Shown: positions 11,615 to 23,299, counted from the first letter of the whole stretch. The stretch: DNA of 63,772 bases, filler included, from Sphacelaria rigidula (GCA_964200075.2; 11 parts of 11 records of this genome joined end to end with filler, not necessarily neighbours in it); one strand, 5' to 3'. Numbers and translations: made by a program. Notes: generated by a model not told the origin, from the letters alone.

Positions 11615-12308
11615 ACATTTATTCCCGAATTTCCCCCGAGCACTACATGTTAGTATTATCAACTAGGGTTGACTATAGGATGGTGACCCAACAAAAATTC
11701 GGGGGATGGGAGGTCGGGCCAACAAAAAATTCAAGTGAATGATGAAAAATTCGGGAATCCGAGCCCCGACAACGTGGGCTTCCCTTTGCTTCGAAGGCTT
11801 TTTTGTGGGCCAGGGACAGGGTATACCATCTTTGCAGTGACATCACTCCCGGCAACAGCCCCCCCCCCCACTGGTCGTTCTGATGTGATCGATGAATATC
11901 GCCTCGACGTGATTGGACAGATCGCTCCCAGACTTGTTTTACTAACACGTCGTGAACGTGGTGTTAGTGAGCTTCAGTCCCAAACGGGTAAAGGCGCATT
12001 TCTCAAGCGTTTCATGCCCACAATATCAATAATGAACGGGCATATACATAGTTACAGCAGCATAATATTTTAGGGTTGCAGGCGTATGTATAGCTTTTAG
12101 TATTACGTAGCCGCGTGCTTTTTAGTTATGTTCCCTCCCGTATCATATTTATTATCCGTAAAGGCTATATGTATCTCAAAACCATCGGCATGCCTTCTCC
12201 AAGACTCTCCAGGCGCATTCGAAATGGAGACCTAAGATGCATGCATGCATGCATGACGTGGTCAGAATATTTATCTCTTCCTCCCTGGCTTTCATTATGC
12301 GTGCATAC

Positions 12309-12491
12309 CTGAACCTCGCCTTCCCAGCAGATACCGCAGTGGCCTTCGGCATCTCCCTTCCCACCCGAATGCTCCGCATTGTCCTTATCGTAGGGACTGC
12401 CGCTCTTCTTTGCTTTGGTCGCATCAACGCCGAGCTCTCCCAGTTTCTTCCTGCAGGCGTTCTGGATCTTGAGTTGCGGGCCCTTGGGCAC
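12309..12491 (-). CDS. KH-SAM-RING protein exon: SAM C-terminal helix plus start of a RING-like motif
   Basis: ttcag|GTG...CAG|gtatgc, 183 bp, phase 0; VPKGPQLKIQNAC completes the SAM domain; CGICWEGEVQ is a CxxC typical of RING-HC starts. Confidence 0.85.
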
Positions 12492-13008
12492 CTGAAATAT
12501 TATATCATTCGCAGAATGCTCATTTGATTCATCGTGTACAAAAAGGACAACGAACAAGAAAAAAGACTTACACAACACATGCCTAGCCCTTTGACCGCCC
12601 GGGTATATGCGTATGTGTGTGTATACGCGTCCATCGGTTACATCGGCATCCGATATTTTCGATTGGAAAACGACGTAGGGTGTAACTGTTAGGTGTCCGT
12701 CGATCGGTGGGCCGCTCAAAGGGTGATATATACGTATATACATATATACATTCATATGTCTACAGGAAGCATCATTTTAGCCAGCATAGCAGGCCAGCAT
12801 TTTTTTGTCTAATCGAATACCAGAAGCAGCACAAGGCAGGAAATCCTCCACGAAACGGCACCCCCAGCGGTTGCTTAGCTTCAGCGTCGGGGCACAAACA
12901 AACGTGGGGACCCCAACTGAAACCTCGGCACCACCACCACTACCACCACCACCGACACGCCGGCGTGTCAAAAAAACACAAAGTAAGAACCCCGAGAGAC
13001 CAACGCAC

Positions 13009-14082
13009 ATCTATTTTCTTGAAGTCCGCATCCTCCATGAGCACGATCGCGGCGGCGTCGAACTCCCCCTCCGAGAACTTCGGCAGCAATGCCGAACACC
13101 CCGAGGCCTCCAGGACCTCCTTCAACTGTTCTAGTTGTGCAGCTCCGGCGGACGCTTTCTCCCCGTTACCGTTACCACCACCGCCGCCGACGCCGTCTAC
13201 AGAACCAACATCAGTATTGCCGGTGGGAACAACTGGGGGAGCCGGCGCAGCCGACGGCGGTGCAGCCGGCAGTGAAGCATCCGTCCTTGTAGGTGCAACA
13301 GCTGTCGGCTGGACTGAGGCGTGAATCGGCGCACCAGGTGCAACAGCTGTCGACTGGACGGAGGGGTGAACCGGCGCACCAAACGCCCCGGTGGGCCCAG
13401 GCGGCACAGCAGTAGGATTTCCTGTGGGGACAATAACCCCATTGTTTGCTCGGGTGGTCTGAAGTGGCGCCGCTGCGGGTGCGGCGGCAGCGACCGCGGT
13501 GGCGGCAGCCGGGGGGACCAGCTGCTGCCCAGGTGCTCGTTGTCCAGCGCCCTGACCCATGGGCGCACCCAAACCTGGGGGGGCCCGCGGGGGTGCGGCG
13601 ATAGGCGGAGCTGGTGGTGCAACCGGCAAGAAATAACGTGGCTGATGCTGCGTGCCAGCGGGGACGTTCACGTCGGCGTCGGCGGCGGGCGCCGGTGGGA
13701 CCGGTGGCTGCTTCTCCTGGCGAGGGGGGCGTGCTGAAGGTGGGATATTGCCACCGCCGCCACGGTCGCCATGCCTACTGCCCACGTCATTGTTGCCCAT
13801 GGCGGCATTCATATTCCGGTTTTGATGGAGGCGAGCAACCATGTCTCGGTGGCTGTGATCGCCCTGGATGTTGTCGTGTGCACCGCCGCCGGCTCTTGTA
13901 TCTTGAGCATTCACAATGCCACCGTGAAGCCGGCCGACCATTTCTCTCACTTGATCACTATTGCCAATTTCGTCAAAATCGGTTCCCTCACTACTACCGC
14001 CGCCGCCGCCGAATCCGCCGCCTCCGGCTTGGTGTGGATGCTTCTCTTCCTTTCCACCTTCTACCAACTCATTTCCAATAGT
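13009..14082 (-). CDS. KH-SAM-RING protein exon: Gly/Pro/Ala-rich linker plus SAM N-terminal part
   Basis: gagcag|ACT...GAT|gtgcgt, 1074 bp, phase 0; LKEVLEASGCSALLPKFSEGEFDAAAIVLMEDADFKKID fits the SAM pattern; the acceptor position is less certain. Confidence 0.85.
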
Positions 14083-14200
14083 CTGCTCCCCACGACCCAT
14101 GCAAGACATGAAGGACGAATGCAGCGTTTTGCGTACATGGCGAGGAGCAGGGCAGCTAACAGCGATTAGCGCGCACGTGAGGCGGGGGCAGGGTGTGTGT

Positions 14201-14700
14201 GGGGGGTGTACTCATGATCTTGCATGCCGTAGTCATATGACCATCGGTCTCACATCCCTACAAAACGGGATGGAGCACGCCGGATTTTTGCCGGACCAGG
14301 CTTGCAATCAATCACCAAGCGCAAAGCATCGTGATGAGTTCGGTGAGTTGCACGAAGGATGGCCTGCCGCTTGCTGAGATTGTTCGGCCCAAAGCATATT
14401 GATTATGTTCCAACTGGACGACAGGATCCAATGAGTTCCTTCGTTTTCTGGTATCGCCACTTCCAGAGACAACCTCGGGTCACGCCCTGCCTCATGGGTG
14501 TCTCCCATATCAAGACTGCGTAGTATGATCATCCCCTTGGCGTGGAACTGGGGTTCTCCTACCCCGCACAATATGATCTAGCTCGACCACCATCATGGTG
14601 AACGCAGAAACGAAAGCGAAAAACAAAACTGTAACCTGGTTGCCTAGTTTACACAGTGAGTGACGTGTTTTACAGCGTCGTTGCCAACCGACGCCAACCC
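14201..14700 (+). mobile_element. GTACTCA-terminus TIR family, subtype A, ~500-bp copy
   Basis: terminus shared with 17262 and 41096; body matches 50780-50905 and 52261-52618. Confidence 0.8.
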
Positions 14701-14719
14701 TGAAAAGGGAGGGGCGGGG

Positions 14720-15630
14720 AGGGGGGGGGGGAGGTACTCATTTGTTGCTTTAGTCTTTTGACCATTGACCACGCACCCCTTTCGCCACAGAACACCGTTC
14801 CTACTCCTGATAGGGACACCTCCAATATTTCGACGTTCATTACGGTTCCTCCCAACACTACACAAAAATCTTTTACATATCTTATCCCCGTCCTATTTTT
14901 GCCGTCTGTTGCCCCCGTCTATCTCCTAGTATAGCCACCGTTTTCTCGCTACTGTCCAATGCATCAAACGATTTCATGCGGTCTTCGTTCACGTCCCGTA
15001 TTTCCCTTCAACACATCCCGTTCCTCCTTGTATGGTTCACATCTTGCGACTATATTGGGGGTGGGGCGGGGGGATTCTTGAAATATCGCAGCAACAGTAA
15101 AATGATCACCTACGTTATAGGAAAAGTGTACAAACGAGTTGCTTGCCCGACGGGACATACCCCGGCGACAGCTCATGGACCCACACAAGCGATCCGACAT
15201 ATCCAACACATCTGCTCGTGAACCGGGTCGACAACCATGCACGATAGTCCCAAGGAGCGGAAATACGATCGGTGCTGCACGAGTATGGGAGATCCACCTG
15301 CGGGATAAAGGTAGCCTCTCCTCTTTTCTAGACAGGCCGTTTCTTACGTACCTCCGTACCCCCCCACAGATAATGAAACTTGTCACATTAAATCGTAGCG
15401 AGAAACGATCGCTATACTAGTAGCAGTTAGATGGTGGCCACAGACGGTGAAGCAGGAAGGGGTAAGGCGTGTAAAATATCCTTGAGTAATATATAGAAGA
15501 AACGTAATGAACGCCAAAATGTTGGAGATGTCTCCACTAAGAGTAGGAATGGTCCGTATTGCAAGGGATGCGTTGTCAATGGGCAATGACTAAGGCAGGC
15601 AACAAATAAGTACGCCTTCCCCCCCGCCCC
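14720..15630. mobile_element. GTACTCA-terminus TIR family, subtype B, MITE with ~230-280-bp imperfect TIRs
   Basis: 14733-14960 is the imperfect reverse complement of 15390-15615 (CTAGTATAGC..CGTTT.CTCGCTAC vs GTAGCGAGAAACGATCGCTATACTAG); poly-G/poly-C ends. Confidence 0.8.
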
Positions 15631-15866
15631 CCGCCACACACACACACAGAAAGAGGGAGAAGGTACGACAGCAGTGAAATGAATCAGCGTTTAGATCGAA
15701 GCCTCGTTGGGTCGGTCGGTGGAGGGGGTGATGACATCATGGGAGGTCTCTCCCGTCCCGTCCCGTTCCGTCCCCTCCCTTCCCTTCCCTTCCCTTCCGC
15801 GCAACCGCATGGCTCGTGTTTGTAATGAACCCTACATCACGTGAAACAGTTACTGCCCGCACGTAC

Positions 15867-15983
15867 CTCATAGAGCAGGGAAACTGCTGCGGTCACCTTC
15901 GGGGGCACACCAGATACGGTGATGGCTCGTGCTTCGCCGTCGGGAAACTGCTCAAACAATTGCACAGTGGCACCACTCATCTT
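15867..15983 (-). CDS. KH-SAM-RING protein exon: C-terminal half of a type I KH domain
   Basis: cacag|AAG...GAG|gtacgt, 117 bp, phase 0; KMSGATVQLFEQFPDGEARAITVSGVPPKVTAAVSLLYE fits the KH pattern SGAxIxI...RxITIxG...VxxAxxLI. Confidence 0.8.
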
Positions 15984-17261
15984 CTGTGGTGATGCAACGA
16001 CCACGACAGGAACAACAATGACAATAGCAGCAGCGACAACAAAAACATCGGCAAATGAACCAGATTGCCAGCGACCATCCAGGCAGGGGTCATGCGGGAG
16101 TATATATAAATATATATATATATATATATAATATCGGGATAAAACGCGGCTTGGGAAATACTTTCGACGGGCCGCAGACGAAATGCGTATATTGTGACCC
16201 ATCGTTTTGTGAAAGAACAATACTTCGTACATGTAGATTCACAACACAATGGCGGGAAAAATCTTGTCTAACATTGAGTGTTGGTAGAGGGCAATAATGT
16301 AGACGGTGGCATCTGTATTGAACTCTTCGTGTTGATTTTGAGCCAAGCAAGGGTTACGGTAGTTCTTGGTTTATGAAAATACCGGGCACAATGCCCGTCA
16401 CGAGAGCACGAATTGAGAAATAAGAAAATACATACATGCGTTTTCAGAATGTTTCATGATTCACACGAAAAGGTATGTACGATACTCCCACGTTTGCGGA
16501 GAACACCGTTTTTCTCCGAAAATGTCGAAGATTTCTCAACCAGGTCGGGCAATAAGGTGAATTAATACTGACAACAGATTTCTCCGCCGATCCAGCGCCG
16601 GGATATTTATTTGAGCATTTCTCTTGACAGCATTTGTTTTTGAGATTTGTTGCAGCGTTTTGTTTTTGGAGAAGTCGGACAAAAAATCCAATATGTCGGA
16701 AAGAGTAAAAATGAAGAAGAGTTAAAAATGTTGCCCGGCTAATAAGATCATCTAAGTACTCGTTTGAAAATATAACACATTTTTTTACCCAAAATACAAT
16801 ACAACACAGGTTGACCAGATTGTGAAAGTCCTTCCTCAAGGATTGGTGAATGTGTGGATACTGACAACACTCAATTCTCACAATTCTCCGTGCAGGAAAC
16901 TCTACGTTCCCATGTGGACGACACGGTATGATGATGGGACCCTGCTGCCTCATAAAAATAATTCACAGGATTCTACTCTCCTGGCTCCTACCAAAAATTT
17001 GACGGAAAGCAAAAATGAAGTTAAGAGGGCAACGCATAAGTCGCAAAATTGGCGAGGGACTTTTAACAGAGGCAGAACTGCACTAACACCGGAGACTATT
17101 CCGCGGACATTGCTGGCTTGGAAACCCAACGCACACAAAAGACACGTGGTGCATACATATTGTCACGGCTAGCCGGCGAGAAAGACTGTCTCTACAGACC
17201 TCTTCTCGTCAAAGAACGAATAAAGAGGTTCATGAAGAGAGAAGGAGGCAGGGAGGGATGA

Positions 17262-17321
17262 GGGGTGTACTCATGATCATGCATGCCATAGTCATCAGAC
17301 CATTGACCTCGCATCCCTACA
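17262..17321 (+). mobile_element. GTACTCA-terminus TIR family, subtype A, terminus at contig end
   Basis: GGGGTGTACTCATGATCATGCATGCCATAGTCATCAGACCATTGACCTCGCATCCCTAC. Confidence 0.8.
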
Positions 17322-17421
17322 NNNNNNNNNNNNNNNNNNNNNNNNNNNNNNNNNNNNNNNNNNNNTTAATTAATTAANNNNNNNNNNNNNNNNNNNNNNN
17401 NNNNNNNNNNNNNNNNNNNNN
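17322..17421. other. artificial contig linker
   Basis: N/TTAATTAATTAA, 100 bp. Confidence 0.99.
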
Positions 17422-17439
17422 GGCAGGCGGTGTATATCC

Positions 17440-17850
17440 ATTCGTGCCAGGGCTGGCGGGACGCGACCGAGGTGTGGTTGGGCAGGCGCCGATGATAATT
17501 AGCGAAGACTCGTTCGGTCGAGCGTCGGGAGGGGGCGGTCGAGCGCCGGCGAGAGGTGGCCGAGAAGGAAGTGTGCGGGCACTGGTGGCAGTTGGGAGGG
17601 ACTCGTCCGGCCGAGCGTCCGCGGGGGGTGGCCGAGCGTCGGTAGGAGCCGGCCGACGTTGGTTTGTGTAGACCCCGCTGGCAGGTCGAGGTGTAAGTGG
17701 GCAGGCGCCGCTAGCAGGTGGGAGAGACTCAGTCGACCGCGCGCCGGCGGGAGGCGGCCGAAAAGGGATTGGGTCGGCGCCGCTTGCAGGTAGCGGAGAC
17801 TCACTCGGACGAGCGCCGACGGGAGGTGCTCGAGCGACTGCTGCGCGGCG
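17440..17850. repeat. GC-rich degenerate tandem repeat (GACTCGTCCGGCCGAGCG motif), Pro-rich minus frame
   Basis: repeated ARPxES-type peptide; origin unclear, possibly retroelement. Confidence 0.5.
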
Positions 17851-17972
17851 CATCCCAGGTGGAGGCGGTCAAGATAGGCGCAGCGAAGCAGCAGCTTTCA
17901 ATATACACTGCTCTCGATGCCGCCGTGAGGACAGCTTCGTAGTATTCGTGATGGAAACGCGGAGGAATTTAT

Positions 17973-19728
17973 CAGGGATGTGTAAGGAGGATAGTCCGCT
18001 CCGCGGTGCAGATTTTGTTTTCGAAACCTCACGGAGCGGATATCCGTCTGTGTGTAAAATTACGGATAATGACAGAGCGGATATCCGCCAAAAGAAAATG
18101 TCACGGTGCGGTGCGGATTTTTCTAATATGGTACGGAGTGGAGCGGAGCGAATATCCGTCAGTGGGAAAACTCACGGATTTTCACGTAGCGGATATCCGC
18201 ACGCTACAAATGCACGGGTTATTGCGGAGCGGATGTCCGTGGCATGGATTTTTTCACGGAGAGCTTTTCCCCCCTCCGTGGAACAAACCGCACAAACCGC
18301 GGCAATTTCCCGCGGTGTACCGTCGCAGTAATCCGTGAAAACGATACGGTTATCCGCGAAAATATATATGGATATCCGCGAAATAATACCAAAAATACGC
18401 ACGGAGTTATTTCGCTTCGACTTCCAGCTGCTGGACAGGGGAGACGGTGGATTCAATAACGCACATGTAAGGTCGAATCCCTGGAGAAAAAATAATGAAA
18501 CAACTGAGAATAGTGAACAGTACACATTTGAATTTCCTACAGGACAGGGTGACGGGGGGCAGGGTGGCAGACGCGCAACAGCAGCAGCGCTTGACCCGAG
18601 ACTAAGCCTATCCACCACAAAAGAAAGCATGGAATTGACTTCTCAATTATGACGTCAATAGCAGCACAGTAGCTTTCAATTTAAAAGGGAGATTTTCGTA
18701 GTGTTTTTGTAGTCGGGGATATTCGAATATGTTTTGGCGTGCCACCGCTTATCCCAGTGGACATTTGATCTCAAAGTTTGGGGATCTACTACAATAATAG
18801 CCATCTCCACATTCCAAAATAAGATCACATCTGCGCTCATCATTGGAGGACTCACGGGCTGACCGGTTTTCGGGGGTCCTGAGACTGCCCAGCCCCAGGT
18901 TCTGACCCTTCAGTATTTTTGTACTGCGAATCCCAACTTACCCTGCATTCAGTACAAATTATCCGTGGGATTTTGTGGCTTTTCAGCGGTTTGATCTGAG
19001 TGACGCTACGGAGAACGCACGGATGAAGTACGGAGCACAATTTCAGAGCCGTATTGGCGAATTGCTTGTACAGAATAAAATTTTTCATGATTCCATTTCC
19101 AAGGTAATCGGCATTGAGGACAATTTCGTCCGTGGAATGTCGTGGCTCTTCAGCGGTTTGATCTGAGTGACGCTACGGAGAACGCACGGATGGAGTACGG
19201 AGTACAGACTTTCAGAACCGTATCGGCGAATTGCTTATCCAGAACGATATTCTTATACTTCGAATTCTAAGTTATCCGGCATTAAGAACAAGTTCCTCCG
19301 TGGAAATCCGTGTCGTTCTAGTGGTTCGATCCGTGAGTAGTGCCACGGAGGACGCACGGATTACCTATGGCGTGGATGAAACCGCAGCGTAGCAAACCGC
19401 GTTTGACAGTTCCAACCGCGCAGTTGTAATCTATACGGAGCGGAGCGATTTTTTTTTATTGTCACGGAGCGGAGCGGATATCCGTACATCGGAAAATTCA
19501 CGAGTTATTACGGAGCGGGATATCCGACTACGAAGATATCACGGTGCGGAGCGGATTTTTCGAAGATGGTACGAAGCGGATCGGAGCGGATATCAGCCAG
19601 TGGGAGAAATCACGGATTGTCACGGAGCGGGTATTCGCCCCCTACAAATGCCACGGAGCGGTGCGGATTGACAAACCGACCGTGATAATCCGCTCCGCGA
19701 ATTTCTTCTTAATCCGTGCACATCCCTG
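17973..19728. mobile_element. non-autonomous hAT (Ac/Ds-like) element
   Basis: TIR CAGGGATGTG...CACATCCCTG; flanks GAATTTAT/GAAATAAT (6/8, a degenerate 8-bp TSD); many subterminal CACGGAGCGGATATCCG repeats. Confidence 0.8.
18961..19360. repeat. ~168-bp tandem repeat x2.4 inside the hAT element
   Basis: TTCAGCGGTTTGATCTGAGTGACGCTACGGAGAACGCACGGATG at ~18981 and ~19149, with a partial third copy. Confidence 0.85.
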
Positions 19729-20339
19729 GAAATAATGCCTTCGCAACGACAAGTGCGGGCAATGGGCTTGCAGCGGCTGCTACAAGAATTGTAACCGTGA
19801 CCTCAACGTCGAGTGCTGTCGACGCGACACGAGCATCTGCCACGTTTGCGAAATACCAAAGGCGAGTCCGTGATTGGCCAAGTGTAATTTCCTCCCATAT
19901 CGCTGATCCCCGTGTTTGGGCGTAGGAGTGTTTGTGTCCGTGTGAGTTCTCGTGTGCGATGTATCGGTGTTAGGATCAGCCTCATTTCCAAGTGGAATAC
20001 ACGGCCGAAGGAGAGGACGGTGGATACGACACACATGATCCGAAAACTCTGAAAACGACCGTGGTGATGAACCTTTAGAATCGAAGCCAACTTTGATTTA
20101 CCGTGCTCGTAGATGCGCAACCTCTCGGATGGTACCACAAAGATCTGCAGGTACTAGGTGTTGAAACATTGTCGGTTACTAACGTGTGTAAGACGGATCA
20201 AGCCAAGAACTGTCGAATGCAATGGGCTATGGCTCCGCAGGTTGATCCATAGAATGTGGTGGGTGGGCGCTGAGCTCCAGCGACGTCTTCTCCTCTGCGG
20301 TGTCAGTCTTTCGCACGCAGGTAGCGGACGGCGACAGGT

Positions 20340-21230
20340 CGGAACCAGCGGCGGCCCAGTGGAGAGTGTGGCCGACGACGTGTGCGGTCACGCTGGCGCA
20401 GCCTACAATGCCCTGAAGCAGAAGACCATACAACTTGCCGCAAGGACGGCGCTCTGCGACACCAAAATCTGCACAAAACATGTGTGCGTAGCGACGGGGA
20501 AGGGTCTGTTGTCGCAGGAGGACGGGATGCGTTGGTTGAAATGGCGAAGAATGCAGAGCACAGGTACAACGGGGTTCTTTGCCGTGCGAGAGGGCGTGGG
20601 TCGTACGGTTGAGCACTGGTGGGCGCACGTCAAGAAAGATGATGACCGAGAGACGCGATCAATGTGCGAGGTGACGTGCTCATACATATCGTAATTACAC
20701 AGCATACAGCAGGGCTGAAACATTCGACGTCGGTACGCGTGTGTTGGAAGTCTGCCTGATACGCTTGCTATGGGTACTTTCGCTCAGTATCTCGATATCA
20801 CGAAACGATATATTTGTACTTGACATGAACGGAGAGACTGTCGAGGCCCGTGGCAAGCTCACTTTCGATATGTCGATGTTAATACCAACATGTTCATGTA
20901 CACTCAAGGGTATGAGGCCGCCCATATATCGTGAACCGTACAGGCTGCCAGATGAAAACGGTGCAGAGAAAGCACACTGCGAGGAACCGGGAAGTGCAAA
21001 CACACGAGCATGTCAGCGCTGGGTTTGTGCGTACACGGAGATGACTGGGGGACTCTGGTGTGAAGGTGGATGCTATGAAGACGCCTGCGGAAGCTCTGAT
21101 TCCCAGAGGCCGCGTGAACAGACGGGGAGGCGATCAGCCTTCGCTTTCTGCAGGAGCGACCGGAAGCGTTCCGAAAAAAGTCGGGTCGGGTCATCACCGC
21201 GTTGCGTACTACTTACTCCAAACCATCGAC
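20340..21230 (+). pseudogene. possible decayed Mutator-like (MULE) transposase
   Basis: fragments AAYNAL...KICTKHV (C-x2-H), IPTCSCT (SWIM-like start) and PRGR...GHHR (knuckle-like) in collinear order across broken frames. Confidence 0.35.
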
Positions 21231-21499
21231 GACGATGGCAATAAAGACGAAGATGAGTTCCAGTGGTGCTGGTTCTGGTTATCAGGGATGGTCGAACGGA
21301 AATCCTGGTAACGGCAAGTTACGGCCAAAAATCAACTGCAAGGGGGCTGCTCGACCGGTCTGCGACGTCCTCAAGCCCATCTCGCAACCAACCTTGTTAC
21401 ACAACCTTGCGCCAGTTTTTCAATATGAGGCCAGTTCTTGGCAAATTAGGGGGGGGCGGTACTACAAATGGATGCACGCGATGTGGGAACGATGTACCG

Positions 21500-21976
21500 T
21501 ACCGCTGGGCTGCCTTGCGGAAGTGGCTCCCGTCCAGCGCTTGACAGGCGTGTCAAACCATATCATACTCTCAGTCGTACGATTGAGCACAGGGAAATCC
21601 GCTCACTTAAGGTTGGAAGGACTGAGGAGCAACCGATACGCGATTCCGTGTTCGCTCCTACCGCTGACTAAGTTGCATTGCGAAGGTGGCGCCCATCCAG
21701 TACTTCGCAAGTGTGCCAAGCCACATCATAAACACTCAGCGGTGGTTGAGCACGAGGAAAACCTCATAACACAATAAAGTTGGAAGGGTTGAGGAGCAAC
21801 ACATGCGCGATCCACAGTCATGAAATGGGCTGTGGATCGAGCGTATTTGTCTCCCTCGACCCAACTGTGGCATGGGTTTTTCCCTGTGCTCAGCATGCCG
21901 TTGTGTGTGTGTGATGTGGCGTGGCACCCTTTCCATGTGCTGGACTGGCGCCTCCTTCGCAGTACAGCCCAGCGAT
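21500..21976. repeat. ~160-bp unit x3 (two direct, one inverted); foldback structure
   Basis: units at ~21500 and ~21660, plus an inverted copy at ~21830-21976. Confidence 0.7.
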
Positions 21977-22347
21977 AAGATATATCACCCCTGAAACGCC
22001 CTGGTAGACATAGAAACATGACGTGGAGCATACCACACAGATCCCAGGGCGTGGAAAATATATCGAGAGGGTCGTGTTGCTATACGAGCTGGGCCGGCCT
22101 AGACGCGGATTCAAGCTCTCAAAGCAATATCTCGTCGACACAGACGAGTCTGGCCATGATCCTCATATCGTATTGATCGTCTGATCAAAAGGAAGGTGCC
22201 CATGTGCTCAGAAGTTGGGCCATTTTTTTCTCCCACATTAAGTTTCATGTCTGGAAATCCCGAACGATATATACAGCGGATGATGACGATTTTTGGCGTG
22301 GACATTCCCTGGAGCACGGCAAAGGGTATTACATACTGTACTCATAC

Positions 22348-22958
22348 CCTGTCGCCCCGGTGGCTCAGTTGAGAACCTCGAGACCTCCTGACGGTTTGAT
22401 CGTGGGTTCAATTCTCGGAGCGATCTGGGATTTTTCCTCGCAAAATGCCCAACAGTGGAGAGTGACCATGTTGTGGGTACACAAAATTCGATTCAATGGC
22501 CGACAAGGGACATACTGCTGGACCCCTCTCGCGATGAAAACTCAAAAGGCAAGCACCGTAGAAGGAAGATGGAGAGTGATACCAATAAGTGTCGTCCTAC
22601 GATAGGGAGGGGGATATTTGATTACACAAAAAGGAGGCTCACAAGTGTGTCAGACGACCTGCCACACTCGCGGTGCGCTTGTGTTTGGTTCAAAACGGTG
22701 TCTATCGGTATGAATGAGCGTCATTTATCTATAACAAGCTCGTTCGAGCAACCGTTTACGGTTGCTGCTTTCAACGACAATTTGACTTGGAATTCCATGC
22801 AAGAAATGGTCCAAATTCCCCCCCCCCCCTATCGTAGGATGCCTCGCAAAAAAAACCCTGCTGCGTTGGCTTTCCACCTGTGTGACCCCGGCTGGTGCGC
22901 CCACATAACCGAAAGATGTAAACCAGCGTCCAGGCTAGATAGGATGACAATTCACACA
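22348..22958 (+). mobile_element. tRNA-derived SINE interrupted by a MITE
   Basis: A-box TGGCTCAGTTG and B-box-like GGTTCAATTC; both halves align to 60451-60815. Confidence 0.7.
22589..22845. mobile_element. MITE with (GAGGCA)TCCTACGATAGGG termini, nested in the SINE
   Basis: TCCTACGATAGGG...CCCTATCGTAGGA inverted pair; right end repeated at 34843-34903. Confidence 0.7.
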
Positions 22959-23128
22959 ACACCCTTTCTTTGGAGCACGGGGGAACGATCGATACCCTCA
23001 CTTTCGCCGAATAATTCGTCAGCTATCTCAAGATATATATGGCGTACATGAGCGTTTATACTAAAATCAATACATTTCGAAACAGCCAATCATCCATGTT
23101 GAGGATGGTGCTTTTGATTGAGGATGAG

Positions 23129-23228
23129 NNNNNNNNNNNNNNNNNNNNNNNNNNNNNNNNNNNNNNNNNNNNTTAATTAATTAANNNNNNNNNNNNNNNN
23201 NNNNNNNNNNNNNNNNNNNNNNNNNNNN
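23129..23228. other. artificial contig linker
   Basis: N/TTAATTAATTAA, 100 bp. Confidence 0.99.
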
Positions 23229-23299
23229 GGGAATCGAACCCCCCTACTCAACCATCAGAAGGTTACGAGGTTACCAACTGAGCCACCGGGGCGACCGGC
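23229..23299 (-). mobile_element. tRNA-derived SINE head (contig end)
   Basis: reverse complement GCCGGTCGCCCCGGTGGCTCAGTTGGTAACCTCGTAACCTTCTGATGG...GGTTCGATTCCC with A and B boxes. Confidence 0.75.

Noticed and set aside
11990..12025. CGHETLEKC as the continuation of the RING finger
   Set aside because: No nearby AG acceptor, fifth ligand missing, in-frame stops follow and no CPxC
13089..14377. Several long plus-strand ORFs overlapping the SAM exon
   Set aside because: Antisense shadows of a GC-rich exon
21935..21976. HDV-like ribozyme (GCCTCCTTCGC)
   Set aside because: P3 and P1 pairings cannot be formed
23229..23299. Functional tRNA gene
   Set aside because: Multi-copy head attached to a shared non-tRNA body with a poor cloverleaf; treated as a SINE
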